DNA from: Syncephalis fuscata S228
Lineage: Eukaryota; Fungi; Zoopagomycota
DNA: 64,000 nt
Assembly (NCBI GenBank): GCA_025786725.1
Contig: JAHLTZ010000003.1
Location: forward strand, 806,001 to 870,000
Direction of reading: 5' to 3'
Positions 31,301 to 45,657 of the stretch are shown one piece after another. The notes beneath the pieces are model-generated. The model worked only from the letters and a program-made list of their open reading frames with translations, was not told where the DNA came from and did not search any database. The translations under genes were made by a program, and so were the position numbers. Positions within the stretch are counted from its first letter, which is position 1. Each line of letters starts with the position of its first letter.

Positions 31301-34046
31301 CAATATACGTCTTAGTCGTTCAAATACCTCTGAAATCATCAATTCAGCTCTATAATTAATATTAATATTAATATATAGTTAGTTAGTTAGTTAATAAGTA
31401 ATACAATAATGTAACTTACGAAGAAGGTGACGAGTAAATAATATTGGCTACCACTTCAAGAACATAGGGTGATACTGAATTGGCCTCTACAGCATTAGGA
31501 AAGCGTGGACCCGTTTCATGATCAAGCATCATTTTATAGATTAATTGAAGTAATCTATTATATATATATATATATATTAGATAGTCAATGTTAATATATT
31601 AACCATACTTACCGGTGTCGACAATCAACGCTCACTAATCCAAGAAGTGAATAGTCAAGAATGCCACCCTTAAGAAAAGTGGCAGTAGAAAATGGCATCT
31701 TTTCTGTTTCCAGATTATCACATGGTACCAAATATACATAAAGTGTATCAGACACTAAATGTTGTCTTAATTGACTGACAATAGCAATACGCATAATTTC
31801 ATCAATCGATAGATGATGTAATAAAGATCGTTGAACAATATTGGCTATTGATATATTGATATATTAACATTATATATATATATAATGACGGTATTACCTT
31901 TATATGCATTAGCAAAGTGTGCCTATTGTTGATTAATACTACTTTATAAATAATTACTAAACTTTATAACTTACTTGAGTAGAAACATGCCTGTGCCAAT
32001 ACCATGGCTGATGCCAGTTTTGGATGACGAAATTTAATTAGATTTTTATCTTTTAATCGTTTTTGTTGATGACAAATCTATTTAATTAACATAACTTTAA
32101 CATGTATATTCACTATATTCGTTATATTCATTATATTACCGAACAAGGCATAGCTAAATCTACTATAGAAAATGATTGTTGTAGCATACTCTTTTCATCG
32201 CATAAATCAGTAATCTTTGCCAATAAACGTTCATCAGAGGCCAGATCTGCAGCAATAACTGCTTCCCCGACCTTTTCAATATCTAATATACACATTAGTA
32301 CTAATGTTGCTAATTAGTTTGTTTAAATAACTTACGGAATAGCTGCAATAGTAGCCATAATAAATAGTTAACATTACCATGTTGTCGTTCTCTTATTCTT
32401 TTTGCAATAGCTAGAAATTTGTCCGTCACTACTTCAAATGTTACAATTCTATATACTCCATATTAATACTATAGCTAATTGTATACCATTAATGCCTACT
32501 CTGAATCAACTAGTGTATATAAATCATCAGCTAGTTGAATAATACTGGAGAATGATGAAAAGTCGTTTGGTATGTAAACATCGGCATTATCTGCTCCAAC
32601 TGCGGCGAATTCTATTCAATTCAATGATTAGTTTAATACAAACTGTAAATATTATACGTACTTTCACTTGATACTTGAGCAATAGAATTGCTACATTCTA
32701 CAACTTTATCCTCTAAATTTCGAAAGAATGCGTCAATTAATTCTGGCACTGAACCTGCCTTGCCCGCTTTTGTCAAATGCAATAATTCACGTATAGATAT
32801 ATGAGGCAGTAATGGATTGCCATTAGTTGATTCATGTGGTGATATCTTTTGTACAAGTATTAAGTTAATATTTATTGTATCCCGTCTATTCCATAATAGC
32901 TTACTTTAAGGAGTGTATAGGCTGATGATGTCATAACTAATGGGTCTCCAGATAATAGCCAGGCATAGGATGAACATGAAGCATCCACTATTTACTCTAT
33001 TATTAGTATCTATCAACCATCTATACTATTAATCATTACCTGGTGGAAGGATCAATTCTGCTAGAGCAAGACGTCGTTTCCGTAAATGTTCTAATACACC
33101 ATCAAGTGCCCAGTGTTCTTGATCTCCAATAGAAATCTATTCATTATTATACCATTATTTAATTGGTTGATTTAAAACAATAGCTTTATAGAATATTACC
33201 TCAGAAACAATATCAACAAGCGAAAGTGGAGTGGCGCTTGCTTCTATGCCTACAAATACTAGTGGTTCTAGGACGGATACCGTTTTTTGAATGCCTACTA
33301 GTTGACTGGTGCGTAGATGAACAGGTAGTCGATTGACTTGTTGTACGAGCGTAGTAAGCACTCGATTAGCAAGTAGATTACGCATTGGTAAAGTAACAGG
33401 CAACCGTTGAAGCAATTCTTCCAGCAGTACTAATCCACGCTGCCATTGACTTGGTTGTGTAATATCAAGAATTGGCAACAGTGTACCCAATAAAGAGGCT
33501 GCTACCTGTGGTCGAGCTTGTACTGGATCCAATACACTGGAGCGTACAAACGTCGTTAATGCCGATAGTAATACGGCAAATTGATCTGAAGTCAGTGAGC
33601 GTTTTAACACTAAACTAATAGTCTGAGCAGCTGTTGGCTATAAGTATTCAGTTAGTATGTTATGCTATAGACAGTTAGTAGAGTTGGCTAGCAATAGTGC
33701 TTACATAGTTGCCTGTAAGATAGGCCGTCTCCAATGCTGTAACAATACGTTCTACATGACCTTCATCGGCAACACCAGAGAACACACCGAGACTATCCAG
33801 TGCCCACTCCTCTGCTAGATTGTGGCCATCCTGTTCGCCTGGAGTGAACAATCTACCAGGATTCAATGCTAGATTCGTTATACGTCATGGTACTTACCCG
33901 TCAAAGCAATAAGCGGGTGTACTTAAAGGACCTTTCTACTTGGCTATTAGGCAACACTATCGCCATCAGTGGCATAGACTACTTACTTCGAGATTTGTTT
34001 TGCAGGCAGATAGTTCTGCCGTAAGTATTGCTTCAAAATCAGCCAT
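28381..34046 (-). CDS. MED23: Mediator subunit MED23 homologue, ~25 introns; 5' exon structure uncertain
   Basis: Long helical protein with MED23-like segments WAPEIIQHFPEPIRSF, NYWEDENYHERLVTYLNEFPE, LPVYFYSNILDF..V, ACLHELM. Confidence 0.72.
28559..28628 (-). other. Candidate U12-type GT-AG intron (last intron of MED23)
   Basis: Minus strand GTATCCTTTAAG...TACTTAAC...TTCTAG; removal restores LLDFI-HLYIRS. Confidence 0.7.
31120..31181 (-). other. U12-type AT-AC intron (62 nt) in MED23
   Basis: Minus strand ATATCCTTTT...TCCTTAAC-taattatt-AC; consensus U12 donor and branch point; removal joins GRLLRFLR to SSSLTVNMIV in frame. Confidence 0.9.
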
Positions 34047-34183
34047 AGCGAATAAGATGTTGTTAGGTACAGAGTGACAGAGAGAGAAAGTGAGCGAGTG
34101 AGAGACAGAGAAAGTGTTTATTGTAAAAAATCGCGCTACGACTACGGCCTTCTTCTATTCACCAGTACACTGTTCCGTCCAAT
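34047..34183. promoter_or_regulatory. Compact bidirectional promoter between MED23 and INTS6
   Basis: Only ~137 bp between the predicted divergent ATGs; GA-rich tract at ~34070-34115. Confidence 0.6.
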
Positions 34184-37100
34184 ATGATTATTGCATTTCT
34201 AGTAGATACAAGTTCTTATACAGACCAGCGCTTTGCAGACGGTGTCCGTTTATTAAGTGCTGTACAAGACGCGGCTATTCGTGTGGTGGAGGTAAGATTC
34301 AATCTTTTTTAGTGATGCCGCTTGATGCTAAGTGTCTCGATAAACAAACACGCGTATATAGCAACTTCAATCGACTACTGCATCGGTGCGGTATATGTTG
34401 GTAACCTACGGGCGGGAAAGTACCGCGGTCAAGGTATGTTGTTCTAGACGAGTATCGGCTATAGCGTTATTCATGACAACGGCATCGACGGACTGTTTTG
34501 CTTAGGGGCTATAGTGTGACTTGTCTAGCCTGCCCGACGAAGTACTTTATGCTCTGCAGCGACTAGATAGTAGTGACAAATGGAATCCCGGTGAATCTCT
34601 ACGTACACTATTTAATACACTTAGTATAGATCGCACTATACGGGATGTTGATACATTTGGTCGAGTAAGTTTAATAGTATTAATTGACCTGTGTGTATAA
34701 TGTGTATTTACACTATAGGGACGAGTGCCTGGTGTCAATGAATCTGTCAAAATTATTTGGTGTGCTTATGGAGGACGTGTGGCACAAGGTGATCAAAAGG
34801 TAAAAATGACCATGTTTAATATTTGCTATTATACAAATGAATGTGTATTAGTTGGAAATTCCCGGTTCTACTTATCCGGGTACAGAACTTTATCGGGAGC
34901 CATTTCGATGGGATGAACGAATTCATTTAATGCTTATGCTGCCACAAGGAGAGACACCGGCAGTTGAACAACTAAGTATGATGAGCAATTTAACTGGAGG
35001 TGAGTAGATTTGCATTAAACGCAGTCAATACTGATCTATAGTATTAATTTATGATATTGGCGGTGGTAGGCGAGGTCACTTGGCCTACTTCAAGCGAGGC
35101 AGTATCTGAATTTATGCAATGGGTTATTTCACCTCAACTTGTTGTTCAAGGCATACCACGATCTGATAATGGTGTCTTGGTACATTTTGAAGATATTAAA
35201 CGTATGTATTTGGTACAAATAGTGACACATTAATATTAAATAATGCTGTTAGAGGATCCAAATCATACAGGCCCTAATGCTATATTAAGTGCATTTATAT
35301 CATTACATGTTCATCAATTGGCACCACTTTACTTTCCAATTCCTGAGGCTTATTGGCCTACATCGGATATGTCACAACTGGTCAGTAGATGATGGTTTTG
35401 TTATAGTTGGCATGGTAGACTATATTAATATATATATGTGTGTATTGAATATAGCCTGTTCGTGGGGCACATCCTATTCTAAGGATTATTTGGCATCCAG
35501 GAACGTGGACATCGACCCTATTACCACAGGAACATTATGATGTATTCTCTAAACCGTTACTTGCTCATATGCAAGCATATCCGCAAGATGGTCATTGGAA
35601 GGTATAGATGAAGCTGATTAGTAAATAGATTTAGTAGATCAATTAATGATTTATTAGGTATATGTTACAGACAGTGGAGCAACACCGGGTCTTGGCGATC
35701 CATTCGGTGTATTACAGCGTAGTTCACTTGATACAGAGTCGACTGAGGCAACTATTCGATTGACGCTTCTTCCATACAATTATCCTATGCTATCAACAAT
35801 TCTAGGTATGTGGATTACATTAAAATAGCTATTAAAATATTAATTAGCAGTTTAGAAAGTGAAAGCGGTGGTGCTTCTAGTATGATAGCCAATTACATGA
35901 TGCGTATACCTTGTTATTACAAAAAAGTAAGTAGAATTGTTATAAATGTAATTAATTAGTTTATTAATGGTATGATTTATAAGTATATTGCTAATTTATT
36001 AAAACAGCGTAATTTTCCAACTGATGGCTTAATTGGAAATACAAATGAGCTGCCTTTAAAACTATCTCAGCAACTATCACGTATGATGGAGGCGGTCAGT
36101 TTATTAGAATTAATGTATAATTTGATATTAATATGGCTATAATATAGGTAAAAACCGTAATTACTGCAAAGAAGCGACTGCCAGTAAGTATATTTGATGG
36201 TATTATTGCCAATGGCTCTAATTCAGCTATTAGATTAATCCATTTGAAGTCACGGTTAATGATTTAAATGCTCGATTGGCTGAATTACAAGTATCTCTAC
36301 TAAAAGGTGTACCTAATTTCTCAACAGTTCAACTAAAGTGGCCGGTATATGGTAATTTAAATAATATTGTTAATCCACTGTTAACGTTTAATTATAGGAT
36401 CTAATTTAAATCCATGTATTATGTATGGAGATGATCTAGCACCTATAGAGTCACCTGTACTCCCACCCGTACCTATGGGCATAGATATGGATATTTGCAT
36501 TGATACTACTGCGAAGGATCTAGCAATGAAAGTAAAAGAAATAGTTGAACCAGATCCTTCTATAATATTATCACCCAAGTTATCTACAAAGGATAACAAT
36601 GAAGCAGAATTAGATCATTCGACTATTCCGGCCAAACGATTAAATACAGATGTGACAGATCAACCACTAGATACAACTACAACTAAAATAGCTCGTACAC
36701 AGCCAAGTACTAATCAAGATGCATTACCGGTAGAAGCTACCAGTACTAAATTGTCAAAGACAAAAGAACATCAAAAAACTATTACTACTACTACTATTAA
36801 AAGTAATGTCAATGATATTAATAATACCAAAGCAATTAAGAAACAACCAAGTAAAGCTATTCGTGATTCTTCAACTGCTACTACTACAACAGCTAAAGCA
36901 TCATCCAAGCCTTCTACTGCTACTGCTACTACTGCTACTCCATCACGCCCATTAGAAGCACCCAATGATATGAAAACACGATTAGTAAAACATATTAAAC
37001 AAGGCCGTAAATGTAAGTGTTTAATTATAAAAAACATAAATAGTCTATACTTATTATTTGGTAGTATATAATGAAGAAGAAATTGTCGAGGAAATGAATC

Positions 37101-37234
37101 GTTTGGTTAAATCTAATGGATATACTCGAGATCAAAAACGTACAGTACTAGCCGGATGTTTATTGGCTGCTCGTACTATGAAACGTAAAACATTGATAGA
37201 AACATTGGATCATTTAAAAATACAATTAGATTAA
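34184..37234 (+). CDS. INTS6: Integrator complex subunit 6 homologue (VWA domain plus INTS6 C-terminal domain), ~14 introns
   Basis: MIIAFLVDTS, RYMLVTY, DVDTFGRGRVPG, PGTELYREPFRWDER, PIPEAYWP, LGDPFG, LLPYNYP and C-terminal VKHIKQGRKY...AARTMKRKTLI match INTS6/DDX26 signature blocks in order. Confidence 0.85.
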
Positions 37235-37367
37235 AATATAAAATAGTTGCTCGTGTGTATATTAATAATAAAAAACAAAACAAAAACGTTGATTTAACCA
37301 AAATTATTGATTTATAATCAACTGATTACGCATTAATATTACGTAAAAAGAATAACCAAATAATCAT

Positions 37368-40300
37368 TTAGCTGACATGAAGATCACCCAAACCAACCAT
37401 GCCGAAATCTGAGAAATGGCGCATAGGATCGAATACTAGCTTCTTCTTCTTCTTCTTCTTCTTTTCCTTCTTTTCCTGTGTTGCACTACCATCGCTAGAT
37501 GGTGGTGCTGGTGGTGCCATTGGTGTAGATGGTGGTGCCGATGGTAGCATTGGCGTTGGTTGTTGTTGTCCACTTATACCGTTTATCATGGTAGCACTGT
37601 TTGATGAAGTAGTAGAAATCATAGAACCAGTTCTTGATGTACTACTGTTACCACCATCATGGCTGCGTAAATAGTTTGACTGTGAGCGATGGCTTGATCC
37701 ATTATTCGATGAGCTGTGTGAACCATTACTAGTGGTTGGATCCATCATTTGCATTATATCAGTTTGAGCGGAATAGCTGTTGCTAGGCATGCTATTGATG
37801 TATTCAGCATAGTTATACTGTTGCTGTTGCTGTTGCTGTTGCTTAGCATATTCAAGTGTTGTGCATAAGATGTAGGTGCTGCTCTTCCCTGGCCATTAGA
37901 AGGAGATGGAGGTGGAGGTGGCTTATGAGTTGGTGGAGGTGGTACACCATGATGAATATTATGATTATGTGGTAATATTGGCAATGGTGGCAATGCTTGC
38001 TGTCCAGCTGATTGAGAAGGTAGCATATTTCTATTAGATGCTGGTGATGCTGGTTGTTGTTGTTGCTGTTGTTGCTGTGATGGCGGCTGCGGCTGCTGTT
38101 GTTGTCTTACATGAGCCTCTTTGTATCGTCTATGTTGTTCTGCTTGTAATTTACGACAGCTCTTTACAGCTTGGCGGAGCAACGATGACCAATGTTCTTT
38201 ATCTTCAGGCGTAGTTGCCGCTAATAACACCATATTTTCACCACTACCCACTTGAATAGTATTACAATAATAGCGAGTATCAATCAAATCGGAAATTTCC
38301 ATAAATGGCAATTCTCGTAATCCCTATTACGATTATTAGAATTAATAAATAAATCATTAAATTACTGATTAATTATTTAAATTATAATTACTTACGCGAT
38401 ATTGACGTTCTCCTTTGGCAGTTACTTTGGCCCAAAGAATTAAATCGTTAAATAGAAATACTATACGTGATTCATGAGCATAGGAAGCAGGATTAACTTT
38501 GGCCAATTCTCCAGTGTACATTAAGCGGCGTCGTTCCGTTATCAAATTGCCATTAAAGCCGGTCAAGGAAGTTTGAACGTCGAGTACTTTACGTTTGTTT
38601 TCCATGGCAGTTAATAAATACTTGACTTGAGCGGTCATAGAGCTTATATCGCCTGTACAAGCAATTAAATCTTGGTAGTCTGGATGGAAGGATGACATGT
38701 TGGCACACATTGTTCGTAAGAATTCAATATACCGAGTGACTCGTGACGTTGGCATAGTCAAATAGGCAATCATTTTAGAGTTATCTTCTTTGCCATTGTT
38801 GCTTTGCTGTAAAATGTAACGATTTGTATTAGTGCTGTGTATTTATATATAAATAAATTAATAAAGACTTACTGCTAGAAATCGGCGGAAGTTGGCTGAT
38901 TGCTTGGTCAGTCGATCCAGTAGTGACATTGCTTGTGGATAATTGCGAATGTAGAGGAAATACTGCCGGAATTGCGGTAGACGCATTTGAATAATATCAC
39001 TGACTGGATCTACCACGTCCCAATCGGCAAATCGCTTCTCTAAATCGGCCAACATGCCTTCGTGTAGTACTAGAATATCCTCGAGATTGGCAAATAGCAT
39101 ATGAACATCTCGTGAAGATAATCCGCGTATAATAGTGTTGTTGATAACTGAGCTGACCCAGTTATTGCCATTGCTAGTTTCATTGCTATCGCTGGCCAGT
39201 GGAGCAGTCCAATCGCTTTCACCGGTACTTGAGGCCGACGAATCTACTTGAGCCCGCAATGGCTGTATGTAGTTTCGGTTAATGTAGCGAAGGCCTTTAA
39301 CGTAAGTACGCTCAGTGTGAACTAATTCACGCATGGCATTAGTACGTTTTTGATTTGCTTGCTCTTCACGCTCGTTATATTCTGCGTCGAAATCATCTGA
39401 ATCATTATCGGATACGGCATTCTTAGCATCATCTTCCTTTGGTTCCGGTTGCTTGTCCTCTGTAGGCTGTTCCATTTCTGTATTATTTGTTAATGATGCA
39501 GGCCTTACTTCTTCTACTTCGGTGGTCACAGTTTTGTTGAATAAAATGGTATTTTGATCCATTTGAGGTGTACCTTCAGTTTCCGTTCCTTCAACTATGT
39601 TTGGAGTCGTTGGACTAAGTAGATTGAGAAAAGAGCCCATAGGTACTTGTTCAGTAGGGATCTGCTGAGGTGGCGCAGGGAAAGAAGCAGCATTAGCCGC
39701 CTGCACAGCCGCTCTATTAAGTGGAGAGGGCAAATACGGCGAATACGGCGATGGAGGCAAGCAAGAGGGCGGACCGTTAAGCTTTGCGGCAGCCGATGCA
39801 GATAATGGCGATAGCATGTTCATCGATACAGGTGATGGTGCTGCTCCCACCAGTAGCTGTGTATTGGGTGAGATTGGACTGGATGAAGATCCCAAAGAGC
39901 CACTGCGCAAACGTGTTGCCATCACTGTTTTGTTGGGTGCAGTATCAGTAGTGTCGGCAGTATTATTGGCTAATGTGGGATGGCGATTTAATAGTTGATC
40001 ATTATTGGCCATCGGCATGTTGTTTTTATCCACATATATGTTGGGTGTAGAGGCCAAAATGTGCTGACTTTTTGCGTAATGGCCATGGCCGAAAGTAGGT
40101 GTAAATGGCGACGATGATATCGAAGAAATAGATTGTGGTGACAGCTGAGCCAGGAAGGCGTGTGTACCACCAGTGAAGGCGCCCATGTTCGTCGGGCTCT
40201 TAGAACTAGGCGACATTCCTGGCATGGGAAACGCAAAATGACCAAATGTATCACGCAATAGCTCTTCATCTCGTAATTGCTGCTGAAGTGCACTGCCACG

Positions 40301-42180
40301 TAGATCGGCTGCACTATGCGATCGACCAATGGTACGGGAGGCAAAGGCAGCACGTCCGGTATTAACACAAGTAAATGTCGAGCTTGTTGGCGTGAAGGGA
40401 AAGCTGGGCGTCGTTTTTACGTGTTGGGCTGTGAAAAGCCATTGCCTGCCATATCATTTAATTCGCGTAGCATTTCCTCGGTGCGCAAATTACTGGCGCT
40501 ACGGGCACGCGTAGCCAATGAAGTTGGTGATTGATCATTTACTTCTAGCTGATCAATAAATCTATTTGATGTTAAAGAAGCTGACGATGACGCCGAGTCT
40601 GGCACGCATGGCCACTCCTCTACTGCCTCACTATTATCAAGTGTGACTTCCGTTTGAGGAATTGGTGGTGGTATGGCAGGTGGTTTGACCATTGATTGTG
40701 CTACTGATAACAGTGATGGCTGGCTGCTTTTACTGTTAAGTCGTTGCTGATCAGCGGCAGCAGCCAGGGCCATCAGTTCCATGGCCATAGCATTACCAGC
40801 TGTATACATCGATGGCAGAATAGAGACATTTCCAGGTGAGGCTACCATAGTATCGCTGGACATTCCGGTCATTGGCGTGGCTTCTTCTCCACTAAGGGAT
40901 AGCGAATCGAATGTAGCGTCATTAACATCGGTTAATGGTGTCACAGCAACAAATGCTTTATTGCAGTCGGCTCCACCCGTATTCAGCTGATAATCGTTTA
41001 GATCTTCAAATACCGACTCTCGTAAAATTGCTGGTACGCGAGATTTTACAATCATGTCGTTATAGTCGATCATAGACTTACTAGGTGATTCAATCATTGA
41101 GACGACACGAGATGAAGCTTCAGAGCCGGAAAACTCATATGAATTATAAACATTAAGGACATCTTCATAAGTGCTTGTACTAGTGCTACGGCGTTTATGG
41201 GTGGACCGGCGCACCGGAATAGGCCGCGTAGCCTGAATGGGCACAGTCGTCTTTGTATTTGATGATTCGTTTGACAATGTGTCGACAGTATCATTTAATA
41301 CTAATTGTTCTGATGTATCATCGGCTGTGACTGCTTCATCATTCGCTTTTGCAACATTTTGAACACCAGTCTTTTCCTTCTCTTCTTCTGATTCATTGCC
41401 AAAAGATAATGGCTGCGGTACATGAAGACCACGTTGAGAGCGAGTATGTCTATGAGATCCGCTAGGCTTGTGACGGAAATGAGCTGGATTGCTGCTTTCA
41501 TCACGAACAAATAGCGGGTTCAAATCTTTAAGCATGGGATGTTCCATTGCAAAATCATCGGAATGAGTGCTTCCAAATGTTTGAAGTGCTTCATCTGCCT
41601 CTAGTTTATTGCTATTATTGGTAGCATCATCATCAGAGGAAGCTGGGGCAATGGGAGCTGGTGCCAATGGCGGCGGCAATGGTGCAGCTGTATTCTTTTT
41701 GTTTAAAGAAGCAATGACGGCGGCCAGCGCACGATCAGCTGATGAATTGGGAGAGTAAATATTAGTGGCGGTCAATGGTTTGTTATAATATTGATTTGAA
41801 TTGTAAGAAGGTACATCTTCTATTGGTAAAATGTTTGGTCCCTCTTCGAAACTATAACTATTACTATTGTTAATAGCTTTGTTGCTGTTGCTACGACGTA
41901 ATCGAGAAAACGCTTTAGAAATTGATTCACTAAGGGGAACCAATGTTGATTCGCGCGTTTTGGGCAGATTAAATGAAGCTGCACTGCTTTTTCTAGAGAA
42001 ATCTGATATCTCAGAGCCACTCGATGTCAAGGGTGGTGAAAGATTTGAGCTGGGTGACAAATCGGGTATTGGTGGGACTGGAGGCACAGCAGCTGAGAGT
42101 GGTGTTGGCGGCAACGGAGAATGGGCGACATTCTTTTTATCTTGATTACCACGACGTCGACGCGGAAATAAAGAATTCAT
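37368..42180 (-). CDS. Rho guanine-nucleotide exchange factor (DH-PH) with long Ser/Pro-rich N-terminus; 2 introns, frameshifts near 40435 and 37855
   Basis: DH: RTNAMRELVHTERTYVKGL, LFANLEDIL, YIRNYPQA, YLTMPTSRVTRY, HPDY; PH: RRLMYTGEL, VFLFNDLIL, EDKEHW. Confidence 0.88.
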
Positions 42181-42891
42181 ATTGATGATTAACACAAAAT
42201 AAAAATGCAGGCAACGATTAAAACAAAAGAACGTAGCCAATATAATACTAACTATGATAGAAGCAATGAAAATAAACAATAAACAGAAATCAATTATACT
42301 TGTAACAAGTAGGAGCGGCTGTTCTTATAAGAAAACCGAAATTGATAACAGTATATCAAGGAAAGCTGAAACGACACAAAGATTGTCGTATACACACACA
42401 CGCACAGGTGTCAATAGTGACCAAAAAAGCACTTTGTAATTAGAAAATTATACAAAAGGCTATAATCAAAGGTCTAGTAGTAGAACGGAAATGGTAGCTG
42501 ACGTATATATTATATAAACCAATGAAGCTTTGGCAGCCTTGGATTTCTAATGGTCGTGCTCTTATAAATGAGTGAGTGCTGGAAGAAGGTATGTGGATAG
42601 CGAAACAGCTAATTCTTGGCTGTGATGTAGTATAGTGCAGCGTACACCGGGAAAGTTGTAACTAAAGAATAACACGGTAGATGTATTAACTTTGTTGCTA
42701 GTATTTAGAAAACAGTAAATGGGGAGCACAGTGGCAAAGCGAGTAAAGAGTAGTAGAGTTGAACAATATGGACAGATGTGAAGTTTGCTTGATCGTTCGC
42801 GGCGTGCGTGGGAGCATGAACATGCGGTCATTAAATACAAAGCACAACTGAAAAGCCATGACTTCTGAATAAGGAGTAAACCTTGGACTAC

Positions 42892-44584
42892 TGTCAAGGG
42901 ACTTTCTAGTTTTATAATTGCGGATAATAAAAAAAATTGTCTTTACTTGAATAGATCTTTTGATACATTGCCCAACTAAAAAGGCGCTTTCTTAATTGCT
43001 TGGCTGTTGCGGTTTATTAGTATACAGTTACTACTTTGTGAACCCGTGAACTCATGTAAGTTGCATCACATGTAGATTGCCAACACGTGGCTTTTGTTTA
43101 CAGCATTGACCATGCCATTTCTTGCTGTTTGTTTTTCGTTATAGATGTAACAATGCTGTCACTGACATGTTCGCTGTATGGACAGTTGGTGGGAGAATGT
43201 CATGTCGGACTTACCAAATCGATGTATTTAATATATTTGGTATATTGCTGATGCAAATTAGGGATTTCAATTAGGATATATTTGGTAATTAATCTACGGC
43301 TGTTCACCTCTTTTATGCCTGTGGCTAATAGTTGGTATATTTAGATTGGTAAATATTTTATTGATATTATACGTATAATAAAAGTACATTTATTTAAAGC
43401 TGCCATTATTCTCAGCGATCATTCTAAAATTGTCATGCAGTTTATAATAAAAGTATAGATTAATATAGCGTGTACTTATAAACACTCATTATTCATAAAT
43501 ATACCGTTATTAAATAATTATAATTGCAAGTAAATGGCGCTTACATTTGCTATAATTATACAACACAATTACAATTTATTTTAACATGCCACACAAAAGG
43601 TGGTTTAATGGCTGGATTGACGTATAGACATGCACATCACTGGCTACAGTGTGACTAACCATGTGATACCTTAGCGAAACAGTGCTACAGTATGTTTATG
43701 CATGCTGTTTCTTTCTCGCCATCACTCATCAGCCCACCATTACCACTGCTATCGCCACACTATTACACCTGCTATTCACGTTTATTGCATCTTTGTTTGT
43801 TCAGTACCAGCAGATATTATTAAACTGCCAAAAGGTTTACATTCCGTCTTTATAACATATTGAATAGCTTCAATTGATGCCAAGATTGTTTTTATTAGAA
43901 ACAAGGTAGCATTACCTGCAGTACTTTGATTTCGCCTTTTCTAGCCTATCATAAAATATAAACTTATTAATTACAGTTTCATACATTAATTAAGACTTTG
44001 AACTAATTTTTTATTTATTTATTAAATTACCAATGGCAACATACTTGATGGTAATACTTTATTTACATTTTAACTATAAAATAACTGTAACAGTCTACAA
44101 TTCAATAAACATTAATTTATAACTATTTCATTTAACATTTACAATTGTCTTTTTACAATTAATAAATGGAAAAAGCAAAAATAAAATTTGCAATGGACAA
44201 AGCTAGCACCAAAAGGACAACGGCACTAGACAGAGCATAGCTACTATGCACTAAAACAATGCACAGCGGCACAACTGTAATACTAGAATTGCTTATATAA
44301 CAGCATTGAATTTATGGTACATATTGCTTAGTATTAATATAAACTAGCTAAAATAAGTAGCAAAAATAAAATTTGCAATGGACAAAGCTAGCATCAAAAG
44401 GACAACGGCACTAGACAGAGCATAGCTACTATGCACTAAAACACTGCACAGCGGCACAGCTGTAATACTAGAATTGCTTATATAACAGCATTGAATTTAT
44501 GGTACATATTGCTTAGTATTAATATAAACTAGCTAAAATAAGTAGCAAAAATAAAATTTGCAATGGGCAAAGCTAGCATCAAAA
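42892..44584 (+). repeat. Left arm of long inverted repeat (non-coding block, near-identical to reverse complement of the right arm)
   Basis: Starts TGTCAAGGGACTTTCTAG; matches 57631 downward almost base for base through to the 185-bp array. Confidence 0.92.
44174..44584 (+). repeat. 185-bp tandem array, ~2.2 units, inverted relative to the 55-56 kb array
   Basis: AGCAAAAATAAAATTTGCAATGG recurs at 44174, 44359 and 44544. Confidence 0.92.
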
Positions 44585-44670
44585 TTTTTGAGCAAAGCGT
44601 GTTCATTATATCAAAGAATAATATATAATATTATAGGCATACATTGTTAACAATATAAGTGTATATATTC

Positions 44671-45103
44671 TATATACATACTGGATAATAAATCTACAAT
44701 GATGCGTATTGATAACTGATGTCATTCACTACCCACCATCATGTTTAATAAATTAAATGTTATTAAATGTTAGTCATTTAACTCCCAAATCACACTAGAC
44801 AATAAACGATTTTAGTAAACAAAATTAGCTATAGTGTGGTATATAGTGGTGTATAGTGGTGGATTGATATATACCGCCTTACACCACCTTACACTTTCTT
44901 ATGGAGCGGTACAAAGTGGTACGCAGCGGTATGTATATTTTTATAATTATTTATTTAATCATTACATCATCACACTTATTGGTTTTTAAGGACAAATGAC
45001 TAACATTTAATAACAGCCAATCTATTGAACATGATGATGGGTGGTGAGTGACATCAATCATCAAATACTCATCATCATAGATTCATTATCCAGTATGCAT
45101 ATA
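44671..45103. mobile_element. MITE-like element with ~110-bp imperfect inverted arms (44671-44780 / 44994-45103)
   Basis: Arms are clearly reverse-complementary but diverged; central imperfect GTGGT/ACCAC hairpin at ~44830-44895; no target-site duplication recognised. Confidence 0.5.
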
Positions 45104-45657
45104 TCCTCTATTCACGTACACCATTCTTTTATATTCCACAGTACTATATATAATTATACGATATACTAGACACACTCTATTGTTTATACGTTCCATTACA
45201 CTTCACTCATTTCCCTCATTGCACTATATACACTATAACTTCAACATTGTTTTATGTACTTAGCGTACATTTATCATTTTATGTATCCTTCTATAATCGC
45301 TTAGTCTTTCTTTATCCAAAACTGTTTTTATTTTTGTTCTAACTTTATTATTTATAAATGTCGACTAATATCGGTCATCTGGTCATGCATATATGCTCAA
45401 TAGCTTCAACATTGCTAATCGCGGCTCAACACAGTATATTTAGCATTTATATATTATCATATCGTCTAGTAAATACTCGCTATCCAGTGTCGCTATCCTT
45501 TTGTCGCTAGTTTTATTATTAAAAAGTTTAACTAATTTCGTTTAGTTTAGTCATCAGGCCATATGTACTTAAAGTTTATAACAATAGATGTGTTTAGTAT
45601 ATTGTAGAATGATATATATTAGTGCGGGATAGAATGGGAACGATATAGATAAATGGT

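Noticed and set aside
42892-43170. LTR retrotransposon end (TGTCA start)
   Set aside because: Copies are inverted rather than direct; no TSD, primer-binding site or gag/pol ORF seen
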